Assembly: GCA_903867855.1 (NCBI GenBank)
Contig: CAIPTA010000122.1
Coordinates: 1-57,798 of the forward strand
DNA length: 57,798 nucleotides
Source: Oligoflexia bacterium
GTDB lineage: Bacteria > Bdellovibrionota > UBA1018 > CAIPTA01
Reading direction: 5' to 3'
Part shown: positions 10,165 through 19,966 of the stretch, one piece after another
How positions within the stretch are numbered: the stretch's first letter is position 1
Layout of the letters: every line of letters begins with the position of its first letter
The notes under the pieces: model-generated
What the model was told of the DNA's origin: nothing
Seen by the model: only the letters and a program-made list of their open reading frames with translations
The model's database searches: none
Made by a program: the position numbers and the translations under genes

Positions 10165-10868
10165 AGAAAGTGCTATTAAAAAAAGTACTAATCATCGACG
10201 ACGAACTATCTGTTTGTCGGTTTTTACGTGCGGCGCTAGAAGCCCATCAATACGAAGTGCGCGAGGAGCATGATGGGCGGCGGGGAATTCAGGCTGCCAT
10301 CGATTTTCGCCCTGATATAGTAATTTTAGATTTAGGATTACCTGATATGTCTGGCGAGGCAGTGCTGGAGAAAATCCGATCTTGGTCGAGGGTGCCGGTA
10401 TTGGTGCTCACGGCAGTGGATGCCGATGAAGCAAAGGTAAAAGTTCTGGATGCTGGGGCGGATGACTATCTCACCAAGCCTTTCAGTGTTCCCGAGTTGC
10501 TGGCTCGTTTACGAGTTGCTTTGCGGCATAGTTTGGCTACGGATCAAGAGGGGCATATTTTTGTTTCCGGTCCGCTCAGTGTTGATCTAGAGGGTAAAGT
10601 TGTAAAAGTGGAAGGGCAGATCGTGCGCCTCACGGCAACCGAGCATGATATTTTGCGAGTGCTCATTAAAAATGCCGGAAAGGTAGTTACTCACCGCACG
10701 CTATTGCGCGAGATTTGGGGGCCAAATGCCGTGGAGCATACCCAGTACTTGCGAGTTTATGTGGGGCAGTTACGGAAAAAAATTCATCTTTCGGATTCTG
10801 TGCCAGAAATTATTGTTACCGAGCCAGGCATTGGTTATCGTTTAGTGGATAAGGAAGAAGACGTTTGA
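10161..10868 (+). CDS. kdpE: OmpR-family response regulator
   Basis: LDLGLPD, GADDYLTKPF, YLRVYVGQLRKK and TEPGIGYR motifs. ATGA overlap with kdpD. Confidence 0.96.
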   Translation: MKKVLLKKVLIIDDELSVCRFLRAALEAHQYEVREEHDGRRGIQAAIDFRPDIVILDLGLPDMSGEAVLEKIRSWSRVPVLVLTAVDADEAKVKVLDAGADDYLTKPFSVPELLARLRVALRHSLATDQEGHIFVSGPLSVDLEGKVVKVEGQIVRLTATEHDILRVLIKNAGKVVTHRTLLREIWGPNAVEHTQYLRVYVGQLRKKIHLSDSVPEIIVTEPGIGYRLVDKEEDV

Positions 10869-10903
10869 CCTCCTAAACAAATTGTCTATAGCATATAGTG
10901 CAT

Positions 10904-11899
10904 ATGAAGTTTACGTTTCTCCTTTTCCTTTATTCCGCTGCAGCCATGGCTATGAGTGAGCAAACCCTGCTCACCGAATTTCCAAAAACGGCTCTCCCTT
11001 ATTTTCAAACTCGTTCAGTGCCACAAGAGTTCACCGCCAGCGATGGCTTGCATATAAAATATTATTCCTTTCTTGTTCCGGGTGCGAAGCGAGTGCTCGT
11101 GATCGCCCCTGGCCAAGGAGAGCCCTCGATTAAGTACGCAGAGTTCATTTATGATCTAAAAGATTTGGGCGTTGATATTTTTATTATCGATCACCGCAGC
11201 CAGGGTGATTCTGGCCGTATTCTTACGGATATCGAAAAAGTGCACGTGAATCACTTTTCCGACTATACGAGTGATCTTGCCATTTTTAGCTCTACTGTGG
11301 TGCATCCAGAAAGCTATGAAAAATCGGTTTTGCTTGGAATGTCGATGGGAGGGGCGATTGTGGCGGATTTCGTGCGCACTCATCCCACTGCCTATTCTTC
11401 CTTGGTATTTCTCTCTCCGATGTTTCAAGTGAATTCGAAAAATGTATCCGATGAATTGGCCCTGAAGGGCTTGGAGGCCATGGAGTTTGAAGGATTCGGC
11501 ACGATTTACGCCCCTTCGCAAACAGCTTTTGATCCCCATGATCCGTATCCAGGCAATGATGTTAGTTCGAGCACGGCTCGCTTTCATATTCGCCGTGAGT
11601 TACTCAATTTAAAGCCGGAGTATGGCAGTGGCGGCGGCACCGTGCACTGGGCGATTGAAAGTATTAAAAAAACCATCGAACTTCAAAGTGCACAGAAGCT
11701 TTTACAAGTGCCAACTCTAGTTTTTCAGGCCAGCGCGGATTCCGTGGTGGTGCCTGAGGCAGAAGCGAATGTTTGCCAAAACAATTCGCGATTTTGCCAG
11801 CTCATTTCCCTAAAAGGGGCAAAGCATGAATTGCTCATGGAGCGCGATTTGTTTCGCGATCCAATCCTCAAATCTATTCGCAGATTTTTACTGCAGTAG
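10904..11899 (+). CDS. Secreted alpha/beta hydrolase, lysophospholipase L2 (PldB)-like
   Basis: Signal peptide, DHRSQGDS, GMSMGG nucleophile elbow, DSVV and GAKHELL. Confidence 0.8.
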   Translation: MKFTFLLFLYSAAAMAMSEQTLLTEFPKTALPYFQTRSVPQEFTASDGLHIKYYSFLVPGAKRVLVIAPGQGEPSIKYAEFIYDLKDLGVDIFIIDHRSQGDSGRILTDIEKVHVNHFSDYTSDLAIFSSTVVHPESYEKSVLLGMSMGGAIVADFVRTHPTAYSSLVFLSPMFQVNSKNVSDELALKGLEAMEFEGFGTIYAPSQTAFDPHDPYPGNDVSSSTARFHIRRELLNLKPEYGSGGGTVHWAIESIKKTIELQSAQKLLQVPTLVFQASADSVVVPEAEANVCQNNSRFCQLISLKGAKHELLMERDLFRDPILKSIRRFLLQ

Positions 11900-11901
11900 A
11901 T

Positions 11902-12783
11902 TTATTTTTTAACGGCTGCTGTGCAGCGATCCATGTAGTAGTTATATAGGATATCTTGAATGGTGTTCATGTCGCCCTGATCCACTACGAATATGCCCAC
12001 GGGCATCATAGGATCGTCCACGCCAGGAAAGAGGGGAATAATTTCTGGAGCATAAAACTCCCGTGCCTTCGGCGAGTAGGTGAGCGTATTGTCTGATCCT
12101 GGATAGTTTGAATCGTATACGGTCAGGTTTACACTTCCATCGTCGGCTGGGGCGCTAGCAGATTTTACCAACAGCACATGTTGTTCCACTCGCGAGGTGC
12201 GAAGAATAATCAGCGGCATGCGGTTCTTGCTCAATTCACTTTTAATCAAATTGTAGGTATTTTCGTTAGCGTCTTGCGGCCTGGCCCAATTGCCAATCAA
12301 GAGATCAAAATTAAGAGGCGAGCTAAAACGAGCGATTTGATAAAAATCAATATCACCTTCGGGGGTTCTGCCGGGCACAGCCGTTAAATTGCTATAGAAC
12401 TCATCCATGGTTTTGGGGGAATTGAAAACGCGAAGAGACCCTAGCCCTTTCACCATTTCGAGATAATCGTGGGCGGCATTATCATCGGGATTGCCATTGA
12501 GGCGGGCCAAGTAATAATAGATACGTTGCGCGTGAGAGAGCGACCAGCAGTGGCCGATATTGATGGCGTTTGGCCAGTTGCGCACGGGGAGTTCTTTGTC
12601 GGCGGAGAAGGCATCTGCTTGAAGTGTTGCCAGCACGGTATCTTTTGTCAGTGTGGAGCATTGCAAATCCTTCACCAGAGAATCGCTCAAGAGAATAGTT
12701 GGATCAGTGGTGACGGGCTTTCTTCCGAAGGCATGCGCCTTAGTGCTGCTAAGTAGTAGAATTGCGACGAATAAAAATTTCAT
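11902..12783 (-). CDS. Secreted hypothetical protein with a possible papain-like Cys-His-Asp triad
   Basis: Signal peptide (AHA), GHCWSLS ... QHVLLV ... VYDSNYP. Confidence 0.6.
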   Translation of the reverse strand: MKFLFVAILLLSSTKAHAFGRKPVTTDPTILLSDSLVKDLQCSTLTKDTVLATLQADAFSADKELPVRNWPNAINIGHCWSLSHAQRIYYYLARLNGNPDDNAAHDYLEMVKGLGSLRVFNSPKTMDEFYSNLTAVPGRTPEGDIDFYQIARFSSPLNFDLLIGNWARPQDANENTYNLIKSELSKNRMPLIILRTSRVEQHVLLVKSASAPADDGSVNLTVYDSNYPGSDNTLTYSPKAREFYAPEIIPLFPGVDDPMMPVGIFVVDQGDMNTIQDILYNYYMDRCTAAVKK

Positions 12784-12878
12784 AGGCCTCCCCATACGTT
12801 CGTTGGCTTGAAGTATCGCGCCGCGTCAAATTAGTCAAGTACTGGATTTAGGCTGCTGAGAACAGCTACACTTCGCAG

Positions 12879-14720
12879 ATGTTCTTCTCTTTTTTACTTT
12901 TATTCGCTCAAACTAGCATCGCTGCCATTCCGGCGAAAGTGGAAGCGGATATTGGCCACCAGCTACAAACGGTATTGGAACAATCGGTACAGCTGAGCGC
13001 CGATAGCGAATCAAAGAAAAGTGATTGGAATTGTTCAGGAAAAAAATATCGCCTAGAGATTCATGCCCCTGAAGAAGAGCAAAGTGCGGCGGCCTATGCG
13101 GCATTAAGGGAATTAGGTTTTCTTTACCCTCATCCGCGAATTTCGATTCGTCCGGATAAGAAAAAACTCCTCGCCGCCTGCGGGAAACGATTTAGCTGGC
13201 AGCCGCGCCTGAAACTCAGGGGTTTCCACCTTCATCTAGAGCATCCCAATGAATGGGTGGATGGCTTCCTTATGGGCAACAAGGCGATCGCGGAAGATGG
13301 CTTGTGGTGGCTAGTTCGCAATGGTCAGAATTTACTGCAAATTGAAATGGTGCGGATGCCCGATGAGACGCTGCGAAATGGGCTCGGTCCGCTGATGCAA
13401 GAGGCGCGCGCTCTTGGCATAAAAACTGGCCTTTGTTTTAGTTTTGCGATGATTCAGCAGCATTCTTATCGGCTCATCCCATTTTGGCAGGATTTCTTCG
13501 GCTGGAAAACAACGGAAGCCTTGGTGAATAATTTGCGGCGGATCAATGAAATGGTTCCCGGCGATTTTGTGGGTTTCGAGCTTGGATCTTCTGAATTTAC
13601 TTCCACGAGTGCGGCCCGAACCTTGGAGTGGATGAATGCGGCGGGGAAATATTTGCGCTCGGTGAATATGAGAATGCTGGTGAAATCCCATGTTTCGAGC
13701 AATCAAGTTTCGCCAGACTTTGGTAATTTTAATTTTCTACCCCATTATGCGAGCCCGGATGTGGGTGTGCAGGCGCATACGGTTTTCTTCTATGGACTGC
13801 AGGATTCAGCGGCCCCAATGTATGGGCAAAAAAATTTCGCTGACATGCAAAAGTATATGCTCAAGGAAAAAAACTTTCGGGACGTTTGGTACTATCCAGA
13901 AACGAGCTACTGGATTGGCATGGATATCGATGTGCCCATTTTTTTAACCGACTATTTAGTGGCCCGCACGGCCGATGTGGATTTCCTGGAAAAGCAGGGA
14001 ATTGCGGCGCAGCTAAATTTTTCCTCGGGCCAAGAGCTTGGCTACTGGCTCTTCGACTGGCAAGTGGCCTTGCTCGCGGATCCACAATCTAGAGGGCGGC
14101 CAACCTATGCGATAGAGTTGCTCGGTGAGGATGCAAAAGAGTGGAAAAAGATTTTGGCCTGGCAATCGGAATACTTTAAGCGCCGGCAACTCATTCGAGT
14201 GTTGAGCACTACTAATCTCATGGATGAGCTCTCTCCTCTTTTTGCCCCCGTGCATGATCGCACGCTGCTTCGCCGCCTTCGACGTAAGCCAACTATGTTG
14301 GCGGCAGAGATCGTGGAATTAAGTGAGGCCATAAAGGCAGCGCCTAATTTCGCCTTCGTAAAAAATGCAGAAATTAGAGCTTTGCTGGAGGTGACACTAC
14401 TCCGCATGCGCCATGCGCTGGCTTTACGACAAGCGATCGAGGCCCAACAACAAGGGGGTGATTCGGAAAAATTTCTCTCTGAGGCCACCAAAATCCGCAC
14501 CGAGGCAAAGCAAATTCTAGAAAGTACAATCAAAGCCTCGAATCGTTATCCTGAATCATGGATCTATGATCGCAGAGAAAATCCCACGAGTTATCCTTTC
14601 GGATACTTGTGGACAGCAAAAACTCTTTTCTATTGGGAGCGCGAAGAGGGGATTGTGCGAGAACATCGCCTCAACCCCTTTTATAAAATGCTCGTGAATC
14701 CGATTTCGATTCTATTTTAA
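12879..14720 (+). CDS. Secreted hypothetical protein, possible TIM-barrel hydrolase
   Basis: 613-aa ORF with a signal peptide. [11 protein letters not shown] resembles the junction motif of GH20-like barrels. Function is unknown. Confidence 0.6.
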   Translation: MFFSFLLLFAQTSIAAIPAKVEADIGHQLQTVLEQSVQLSADSESKKSDWNCSGKKYRLEIHAPEEEQSAAAYAALRELGFLYPHPRISIRPDKKKLLAACGKRFSWQPRLKLRGFHLHLEHPNEWVDGFLMGNKAIAEDGLWWLVRNGQNLLQIEMVRMPDETLRNGLGPLMQEARALGIKTGLCFSFAMIQQHSYRLIPFWQDFFGWKTTEALVNNLRRINEMVPGDFVGFELGSSEFTSTSAARTLEWMNAAGKYLRSVNMRMLVKSHVSSNQVSPDFGNFNFLPHYASPDVGVQAHTVFFYGLQDSAAPMYGQKNFADMQKYMLKEKNFRDVWYYPETSYWIGMDIDVPIFLTDYLVARTADVDFLEKQGIAAQLNFSSGQELGYWLFDWQVALLADPQSRGRPTYAIELLGEDAKEWKKILAWQSEYFKRRQLIRVLSTTNLMDELSPLFAPVHDRTLLRRLRRKPTMLAAEIVELSEAIKAAPNFAFVKNAEIRALLEVTLLRMRHALALRQAIEAQQQGGDSEKFLSEATKIRTEAKQILESTIKASNRYPESWIYDRRENPTSYPFGYLWTAKTLFYWEREEGIVREHRLNPFYKMLVNPISILF

Positions 14721-15661
14721 AACTTTAGTGGACGCTCAAAATGGCAGGTATATCCATTCGGGTGTTTTTCTAAATATTTTTGATGATATTCTTCCGCAGG
14801 CCAGAATTTCTTGAGCGGATCAATCTCCGTAACGGAAGGCTTACCCCAAGCTCCAGATTTGTCCACTCGCGATTGTATGGCTTGCGCTGCTTTTTTCTGA
14901 GTCTCATTCGCGTAGAAAATAGCCGAACGGTATTGCGTGCCGATATCATTGCCTTGGCGAGCATCCGTGGTGGGGTCGTGGATACGGAAGAAGGCGAGCA
15001 GAATATCTTCATAGGAAATCTTCTTTGGATCAAAGAGAACCTGAATCCCTTCCGCGTGACCGGTCTTTCCCGTTTTCACTTTTTCGTAGACTGGATTTTC
15101 TACTTCACCGCCCACATAGCCCACGATGGTTTCGATCACACCGGGAAGTTTGCCGAGTAAATCTTCCATTCCCCAAAAACATCCGCCGGCCATAGTGGCA
15201 ATTTCCCAATGCCTCGCCTCGGCGAACGCAAAAAGATATTCTCCGTAGCCTTCTTTTTTCATGGTTTCTAGTGGGATGAAACGTAAGGCAGCTGAGTTGA
15301 TGCAATAGCGCAGGCCTGTGGGGGCCGGGCCATCATCAAATACATGGCCTAAATGAGAGTCTGCCCCCGCAGAGCGCACCTCGGTGCGAGCCACGCCTAG
15401 AGTTTTATCCTCGTGGAGGGCCACGTGTGAAGTTGCCACTGGGCTATGAAAGCTTGGCCAGCCGGTGCCGGAATCATACTTATGAATGGAGAGGAAAAGC
15501 GATTCGCCGCTCACCACATCCACATAGAGGCCATCCTCTTTTTTGTCCCAGTAAGGGTTCGCGAAGGGGCGCTCGGTGCCATCCTCTTGGGTGCACATAT
15601 ACTGCTCAGGGGTAAGTTTCTTTTTGAGTTCTTCTGCGCTGATTTTTTTATATTTGCTCAT
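14717..15661 (-). CDS. msrAB: Bifunctional methionine sulfoxide reductase, MsrB-MsrA order
   Basis: MsrB motifs [21 protein letters not shown] and RYCINSAAL. MsrA motifs GGCFWG and AEEYHQKY. Confidence 0.95.
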   Translation of the reverse strand: MSKYKKISAEELKKKLTPEQYMCTQEDGTERPFANPYWDKKEDGLYVDVVSGESLFLSIHKYDSGTGWPSFHSPVATSHVALHEDKTLGVARTEVRSAGADSHLGHVFDDGPAPTGLRYCINSAALRFIPLETMKKEGYGEYLFAFAEARHWEIATMAGGCFWGMEDLLGKLPGVIETIVGYVGGEVENPVYEKVKTGKTGHAEGIQVLFDPKKISYEDILLAFFRIHDPTTDARQGNDIGTQYRSAIFYANETQKKAAQAIQSRVDKSGAWGKPSVTEIDPLKKFWPAEEYHQKYLEKHPNGYTCHFERPLKF

Positions 15662-15898
15662 ATATATGGTTGTGCATGAGAGATAGTTCAGGCGCAAGTT
15701 TACCTTTTAGGCTGTGCCATTTTTCTGACGACGTGAAAAAATTGCCTAGAATTTATTACAATTTTTGTTTATTTCTTCCATATCGTCAAAAAAAAGACAA
15801 AAAACTTCTTACATACTTAACTTGCCTCTTGTCCTAAATAAATTACTCCCGATAGAATCTAGTTCGAGTCAAAACACATTTCTTTCAAGGAGGAGGGG

Positions 15899-17434
15899 AT
15901 GAAAATGCAAAGAACAAGTCTGTTCGCTATTTCAATAACTACAATGATGGGTCTATGCGCAAGTGCGGCATGGGCAGATACCGCGGAAGTGGTAGTGCGT
16001 TTCAAGGAAAAAGTATCCATGGAGTCGTTAGCTCGATCTGTTACAGATCCAGCTTCCCCTCGCTATCAGGATTTCTACTCGCCCGAAGAAATTCGTGCTC
16101 TCGCTGCGCCAAGCGAAAATGAATATAACGATGTGCTTACACAATTCCGTGCTGAAGGCTTGGAAGTAGTAAGTGAATCACCCTCTCATCTATTCGTTAC
16201 CGTTCGCGGTGAACGCGCTACGCTTGAAAAAATGAATGCGCATGCAAAAGCAAATTTTGCTGCGATGGATTTCTCTCCAGCGGCTCGTACGATTGATAAC
16301 GTGAGTGGACTTGTGCCAAGTCAAAAGCGTCACACCCACTTAGTGATCTCCCCTATGAAAGGCTCTCCTTCTACTCCATCTGCGCAAGGCAATGGCGTTC
16401 AACCCGATCAGATTCATGCTCTCTACGGATTTGATGCAATTTATAAAGAAGGGTTCACTGGAAAAGGTCAACATATTGCGATCGCAACCTATGATGGTTT
16501 CAATATCTCTGACGTAACTCAGTACTACCAAAAGAACAATGTGACTCCTGGACCAACAGTAGACCAAGTGAAGTTCAATGGAACTCCAACTGTTGTGATG
16601 GGTTCCGCCGCTGAAACTGAAACAGACGCAGAATTCTCTGGAATGATTGCCCCTGCTGCTCAGATTCACGTATTCACCTCTGCAAAGAACAGTGATGATG
16701 GCGAGCTCGCTATGTTCACGGCAATCCTAGATGATAACCGCGCAAAAGTGGTTAACTATAGCTGGGGTAGCTGTGAGAGCCAATTGTCGCCTGCTCACAA
16801 AGCAGACATGGATAAAGTTTTCGCAAGAGCTGTGGCTCAAGGCGTGAACATCATGGTGGCCTCTGGTGATAGCGGTTCTAGCTGCCAAGGCAATGGTAAA
16901 ACAGAAGCAGACTATCCAGCAGAAAACCCAAATGTGGTAGCTGTGGGTGGAACTACTTTGGATACCACTGGTACCGAAGCTAGAGAAACTGCCTGGAGTG
17001 GTAGCGGTGGTGGAATTAGCACCATCTACGATCTTCCAGACTACCAAGCACACTTGGGTTCTGCGTTCGCAAAACGCTCTTACCCTGATGTGGCTTTCAA
17101 TGCTGATCCTAAGTCGGGCCAACCAACATGGATTCGCTACGGCCAATTCTTCACTCCTTCGAAGCCTTCGTACGTAACGATTGGTGGAACCAGTATCGCA
17201 GCTCCTCAGTGGAGCGGATTCTTGGCTCTTGTTGGTGAAGCTCGTGGATCGAAAGCACTTGGCTTCTTGAATCCTCATGTGTATTCGCTCTCGTCTGCTA
17301 ACCAAGCGAAGCTGCTCCGTGATGTTAGCTCCGGTAACAACGGTGCCTACAACGCTGGTGCAGGCTTTGATGCTGTAACTGGTTTTGGTAGCATGCGCGC
17401 AGATGCTCTACTCAACTACTTGAAAAACCTCTAA
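15899..17434 (+). CDS. S53 (sedolisin/kumamolisin) serine peptidase with prodomain
   Basis: Signal peptide, prodomain (VTDPASPRY), ETETD catalytic E/D, SGDSG, GGTS and the Ca-site FDAVTGFGS. Strong AGGAGG RBS. Confidence 0.92.
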   Translation: MKMQRTSLFAISITTMMGLCASAAWADTAEVVVRFKEKVSMESLARSVTDPASPRYQDFYSPEEIRALAAPSENEYNDVLTQFRAEGLEVVSESPSHLFVTVRGERATLEKMNAHAKANFAAMDFSPAARTIDNVSGLVPSQKRHTHLVISPMKGSPSTPSAQGNGVQPDQIHALYGFDAIYKEGFTGKGQHIAIATYDGFNISDVTQYYQKNNVTPGPTVDQVKFNGTPTVVMGSAAETETDAEFSGMIAPAAQIHVFTSAKNSDDGELAMFTAILDDNRAKVVNYSWGSCESQLSPAHKADMDKVFARAVAQGVNIMVASGDSGSSCQGNGKTEADYPAENPNVVAVGGTTLDTTGTEARETAWSGSGGGISTIYDLPDYQAHLGSAFAKRSYPDVAFNADPKSGQPTWIRYGQFFTPSKPSYVTIGGTSIAAPQWSGFLALVGEARGSKALGFLNPHVYSLSSANQAKLLRDVSSGNNGAYNAGAGFDAVTGFGSMRADALLNYLKNL

Positions 17435-17455
17435 GCTTTTCGAGTTTTTAAAGCG

Positions 17456-17489
17456 AAGCCCACTTCCGCAAGGAGTGGGCTTTTTTTTT
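17456..17489 (+). terminator. Rho-independent terminator
   Basis: AAGCCCACT(T)CC-GCAA-GGAGTGGGC followed by T9. Confidence 0.9.
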
Positions 17490-17506
17490 GACGAATTCGC
17501 GAGTAC

Positions 17507-17827
17507 CTAGGGCTCGTAGCGGATCACGGAGGCAGTGGCTGCTCCTCTTGCGCTTACTTCTAATCCAATCAGGGCATCGCCGCCATTGTCGGAGGCTTGC
17601 TTTCTCAGCATGGTAATCATTTCGTTTGTGTTGCTACTGCAGCAGGCATTCACTGCTCCGATCTCCACATATTTTTTTGTGGGCGATGTGGATCGAAATA
17701 GCTCAATAGATTCTGGCTGTGTTCGCACAGAATAACTCTGAGCCACTCGAGAGGGGGCAAATTGGGCGCTGGTGCAGGCGCTGAGGAGGCATAAGAAAAC
17801 GACCGCGATTGCTTGTTTTTGTTTCAT
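17507..17827 (-). CDS. Small lipoprotein, YbjQ/RcsF-like fold candidate
   Basis: Lipobox LSAC and YVEIGAV...LRKQASDNGGDALI pattern. Confidence 0.65.
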   Translation of the reverse strand: MKQKQAIAVVFLCLLSACTSAQFAPSRVAQSYSVRTQPESIELFRSTSPTKKYVEIGAVNACCSSNTNEMITMLRKQASDNGGDALIGLEVSARGAATASVIRYEP

Positions 17828-18279
17828 TGTTTTCTCCTAATCATTGAGCCTTCGGTTAAAAAAGAGCTTTTTTCTTCTGTCACCATTTCAGAATGACAGG
17901 ATTGGTTGGTAGTGCAGTTGCCATCACCTGTGCAGGATGTTTGTGGGGAGCAAACGTCTTGCCAGTGAGTTTCCGTATGTGTTTCTGAGTGAATGTGCAG
18001 ATCGATGATGGCCTCTGCGCCCACTTCGGCGGCATCTGTTCTCAATTGATTATAGATCCAATTCAAATCAAGGGAGTTGGTATCGAGGGAGATTAGCCCT
18101 AATTCTATAAAATTAGAGTAGGGATTATAGGTGCGGTAAATTCCAATCTCGCTCGGATTCGTGGGAGTAAATTGGGGCTGCTGATCTACTTTCGCTTTTT
18201 GAAAAGGAGTGATCTGAGCATGTGTGCACGCCGCTAAAAAAAGTATGGATAACAAGTTGCATGTGCTTAGAAATTTCAT
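17824..18279 (-). CDS. Lipoprotein, paralog-like to 17507-17827, with a Cys/His-rich insert
   Basis: Lipobox LAAC, FIELGLI...LRTDAAEVGAEAII, and an insert with four Cys. Confidence 0.65.
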   Translation of the reverse strand: MKFLSTCNLLSILFLAACTHAQITPFQKAKVDQQPQFTPTNPSEIGIYRTYNPYSNFIELGLISLDTNSLDLNWIYNQLRTDAAEVGAEAIIDLHIHSETHTETHWQDVCSPQTSCTGDGNCTTNQSCHSEMVTEEKSSFLTEGSMIRRKQ

Positions 18280-19178
18280 CAAAAACTGGTGGTGAACGCG
18301 AGGCCCTGCGCTCCCGGGAATGGAGTGAAGTAGTTAACATCCCAAGTAGACGCAGTTTTCTGCAGGGCTATTTGCTCTGGATTATTCGCGGTTACTGCTT
18401 TGGCAAAATGGTAGGCGAGGAAAATAGAGATCGGGTAATCGCTCCACCAGTGTCCACTGGTGGCCACCATCCCATTAGCAACTACAGCCACCAAGGGATA
18501 GCCCACATAGGGAATCCAAGATTGCTCTGCATAGTTGCGACGGATTACTTCCACGGTAGTGAGGGCGGTGAGAAGGTGTCCGGAGGGATAGGCATCATAG
18601 GCGGCCACGTGCTTATTATAAGTAGAAAGTTTCGTGAAGGGTTGCCAGCAACCAGTGCGGCAAGTGGTAACCGAATCCGGACTTTGACGGCCGATAGCAT
18701 GCTTCATTACTTGATCGAGAATTCCCGTGGCGAGCACACCTTCGAGCACTTGGCTCGCTGTGCGCAATGAACGATGGCTCTTACTAGCAATACCAGCCAC
18801 TAGAAAAACACCGCCTAAGAGAATCTGGCGATCGCCTTTTCCCATGCTTGCCCCAATATCACTCACGCGTTTATAGGATTTACTTTCTCCATAGTGGGCA
18901 GCAAGAGGCTGCCAGAGTTCATAGTCGTATTTCATGAGCACGGCCGTGGAGCCGATTACGGCAAGCGCTGGCGCAATCGTTTCTTTGCGCCAAATACTTT
19001 CGCCTGCGCCAACATAATCACTCGGAATATGGAGCAGCCAATCAAAATACCCTAATTTATCTTCCGTTGGCGCGGGAGTGGCGTTGGTGGTAGCGCTACT
19101 TTCTTCTACCGCAAAAGCAGTGACAAAATTGACGGAGAGCAGTGTGATGGCGAGGAGACTGAGTTGTAGGAATTTCAT
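18279..19178 (-). CDS. PAP2-family phosphatase
   Basis: KHAIGR, YPSGH and HWWSD PAP2 motifs, with a signal peptide. Confidence 0.8.
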   Translation of the reverse strand: MKFLQLSLLAITLLSVNFVTAFAVEESSATTNATPAPTEDKLGYFDWLLHIPSDYVGAGESIWRKETIAPALAVIGSTAVLMKYDYELWQPLAAHYGESKSYKRVSDIGASMGKGDRQILLGGVFLVAGIASKSHRSLRTASQVLEGVLATGILDQVMKHAIGRQSPDSVTTCRTGCWQPFTKLSTYNKHVAAYDAYPSGHLLTALTTVEVIRRNYAEQSWIPYVGYPLVAVVANGMVATSGHWWSDYPISIFLAYHFAKAVTANNPEQIALQKTASTWDVNYFTPFPGAQGLAFTTSF

Positions 19179-19259
19179 CTTGGAAGAACGATACGTTGAG
19201 AGCGCTATTTTGTGCAAGCGGATTTGACCAGTACCCCGCTTCGTGATTTCCTGTAGCCT

Positions 19260-19964
19260 ATGAAAAAATATCTACTTTGTGTGTTGCTGCTGCTACCTAA
19301 TTTCGCCTCCGCTGCCGACTACGATTCTCTCGTGGTTCGTGGGGAAGGGGAAATTCATATCAAGCCAGAAATTCTGCGCTTAGATATTCAAATTGTGGGC
19401 AAGGCAAAAACAGCAAAGGCTGCTCAGACCATGAACGCCGAGGAAACCGCAAAAGTGAACGGAATTCTCAAGCAAATGCATATTGCCGAGAAAGATATGC
19501 AAACGATGAATTACTCTGTGGATGCAAGCTATGACTATACCAAGGGCAAGCGGATTTTAACGGGCTATGCGGCGAACCATTCGTTGCAGGTGACAGTGAG
19601 AAATTTAGAGCAAGCCTCGCCGCTGATGGATGCCTTGGTGGATAGCCAAGATGGGGATAATAAAAGCATCACTGTTTCTAGCTCGCACTACGATACGGAA
19701 AAAATGCGTGACTATGAACGCGATGCCCTAACGGCGGCAATGACGAATGCGAAGCAAAGAGCGGAAGTATTGGCCCGTGCGGCCGGAAAAAACTTGAAAG
19801 AGGTGCGTCATATTTCCGACAGCCAAATCAATTTGCGTAATCCCGCTCCTATGGGATTGGCGCGGAGGGCTATGTTCGCCGCCGCTGACGCAAGCGCAGC
19901 TCCAGAATTAAGCGCAGGTGAAATAATAGTAACAAGTTCTGTTACAGTTGAGTATTCTTTCTAG
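19260..19964 (+). CDS. SIMPL-domain periplasmic protein (YggE/DUF541)
   Basis: VRGEGEI.IKP, AMTNAKQRAEVLA and GEIIVTSSVTVEY patterns. Confidence 0.88.
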   Translation: MKKYLLCVLLLLPNFASAADYDSLVVRGEGEIHIKPEILRLDIQIVGKAKTAKAAQTMNAEETAKVNGILKQMHIAEKDMQTMNYSVDASYDYTKGKRILTGYAANHSLQVTVRNLEQASPLMDALVDSQDGDNKSITVSSSHYDTEKMRDYERDALTAAMTNAKQRAEVLARAAGKNLKEVRHISDSQINLRNPAPMGLARRAMFAAADASAAPELSAGEIIVTSSVTVEYSF

Positions 19965-19966
19965 GA

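Noticed and set aside
18222-18770. 182-aa plus-strand ORF
   Set aside because: Antisense to the PAP2 gene, which has clear catalytic motifs.
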